Source of the DNA: Scyliorhinus canicula | Lineage: Eukaryota | NCBI RefSeq assembly: GCF_902713615.1 | Contig: NC_052148.1 | Coordinates: forward strand, 235,189,336 to 235,253,335 | Direction: 5' to 3' | Length of the DNA: 64,000 nucleotides | Shown: positions 62,281 through 64,000 of the stretch, piece by piece | How positions within the stretch are numbered: the stretch's first letter is position 1 | Layout: each line of letters opens with the position of its first letter | Program-made: the position numbers and the translations under genes | The notes under the pieces: model-generated | The model's database searches: none | What the model was told of the DNA's origin: nothing | The model's input: only the letters and a program-made list of their open reading frames with translations

Positions 62281-64000
62281 AAAATAAACACCACATAGGC
62301 AACTCATCAATTAGAAAGTAACAAATCTGGTGCTGCTGCAGGTATTTAAGGGCCGACAGCTAATTAAGATGCCGAAAGAGGGAAGCAACACTATGGAGCT
62401 GCAAAAGGATGTCTGCAGCCAAGAAGCATTTAATACTGCCCTCAGAGTTTGTAACATGGCCATGAAGAGACTGGTGGAACTAAATGGAAAGGCTGCAATT
62501 TTCCGTTTGGATGGTTTCCAGGTATCAAAGCAAATTGGTGAACAGGCTAGGTGACAGATGCTCCTGTAAAAAGAAGTTAATGATCTCACCAGACCTGCAA
62601 GGCAAATTGTCCATTCCGGCTCTCATACATTCAGCACAATCATTTGCATTTGACTTTTTGCCTCAGAAATATAAATCCTTCTCTTCCTTTCTGGCAGAAG
62701 AGAATATACAGGGGTTCCACTCGGATCAACAATGTCGGTCAGTCAACTGGATTCTGCTTGCTAACATGCCCATAAAACCTGTTACTACTCTGACAATAGC
62801 TTTTCCCTCTTGGGCACTCTGGTTGTTTCTTCCAGGCATCGTTAGTGCTGTGGTAAACTGACTCATGCATGACAAGGGTTAAAAGCCATTGTCTTGCACA
62901 AATGTGAACCTACCTGCAGTCTTCTTGCAGAAAAGCAAGCACACTACCGCTGAAGGAGTTGCTGCAGTCTGCAGTTGGTTTCCTCAGCTCTGGGCTTCCT
63001 GTGGTGATTATTCATGAATGCCTGATGGGTCTATGAATGACCACAATGACTTCCATTCTTGCATATTTGCAGGCAATCGAAGAATATCTGGGAGAAGGCT
63101 CAAATAAGTAAAAAGATCATATCGCCAGGATCTAGGATTCTTTCACGAAGGTGAGAAATAGTACCTGGTACTTGGTTAGGTCTCCTTCCTTAGTCTTCCA
63201 CGAGGGAATTTTCACAGGAGATGCACAATGAGCGCATATATCTATCATTAGGCCAGTAAAGGAATACTGCCATTTGAAATCCTTGTATTGCGAGTGTTCT
63301 TGTTGTAGCTGGTGATGCTGCAATGTTAATCCTGGCAAGTATTAGTTTGTTATTTGCACACGTTATTGAATTCAGGGTGGATTGAATAGGGCAAATGTTG
63401 GATTGACTAGTAATGCATTTAGCAGACATTTTCTCCAGTCACCTGTTGCCAAATATCTCTGACCGCAGAAAACTTATTTGTCGTTTGCGTTTGACGTATT
63501 TCCCCCTCCTCATGCTGACGGACTTCACTCAACTGTTGCAAAGCAAAACTATACAACATATAAAAACTGCAATCATAAGAGACACTTATTCTGGGCTCCC
63601 ATCTCCCATCTCCATAAACATAAGCAATTCAAAACTCTGTTGCCAATGTCCAAACTTGCACCACGTCTCAGCCACCCATCACCTCTGTGCACACTGACCA
63701 ATGCTGGCAAGAGTGCCTTGCTTTCCTGCTTAGAAGAAGGCGGCGGCAAAGAAGGTCAAGCCTGCCATGACTTTGATTGCAGTAGGTGATGATGTTCTGT
63801 GCCAGTAGATTGATAAGCCTTGATTCGATGATATGATGGAACACTGTTATTACTTCCCTGGAAACTCAAAGTCTTCTGATGCATGGTTCATTTGAGAACT
63901 CAGGTGGGATTTTAAACTCAGGAGGATTTTTCCATGTATCCCTACATCTATCTATTCACCTTCTAGCTGCAGCATTCTTTACGTCTTCCTTTTGTTTTTT

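Overview
Transposon-saturated vertebrate genomic DNA, most likely from a cartilaginous fish (shark/catshark type). This is inferred from about a dozen HE1-like tRNA-derived V-SINEs with CR1-type tails, Deu-domain SINEs and CR1/HER1-like LINEs. I could not support any host protein-coding gene, so the window looks intergenic or deep intronic. Contents: (i) a structurally complete but decayed Gypsy LTR retrotransposon (44732-52401, 5-bp TSD CTTTC) holding four nested insertions; (ii) a decayed Copia/GalEa-like element with a tRNA-iMet primer-binding site; (iii) five solo LTRs with target-site duplications (TSDs); (iv) many GC-rich PIF/Harbinger-type MITEs plus fragments of Harbinger transposase and spliced Myb/SANT-like partner genes; (v) L1, Tx1-like, CR1 and another APE-RT LINE; (vi) a ~4.2-kb region of 16-bp satellite lying inside a CR1 fragment, apparently born from the LINE's own RLRGDLIEV-coding segment, which is the most unusual item here. 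Family names come from my recollection of motifs, not from database searches. Boundaries without TSDs are approximate.
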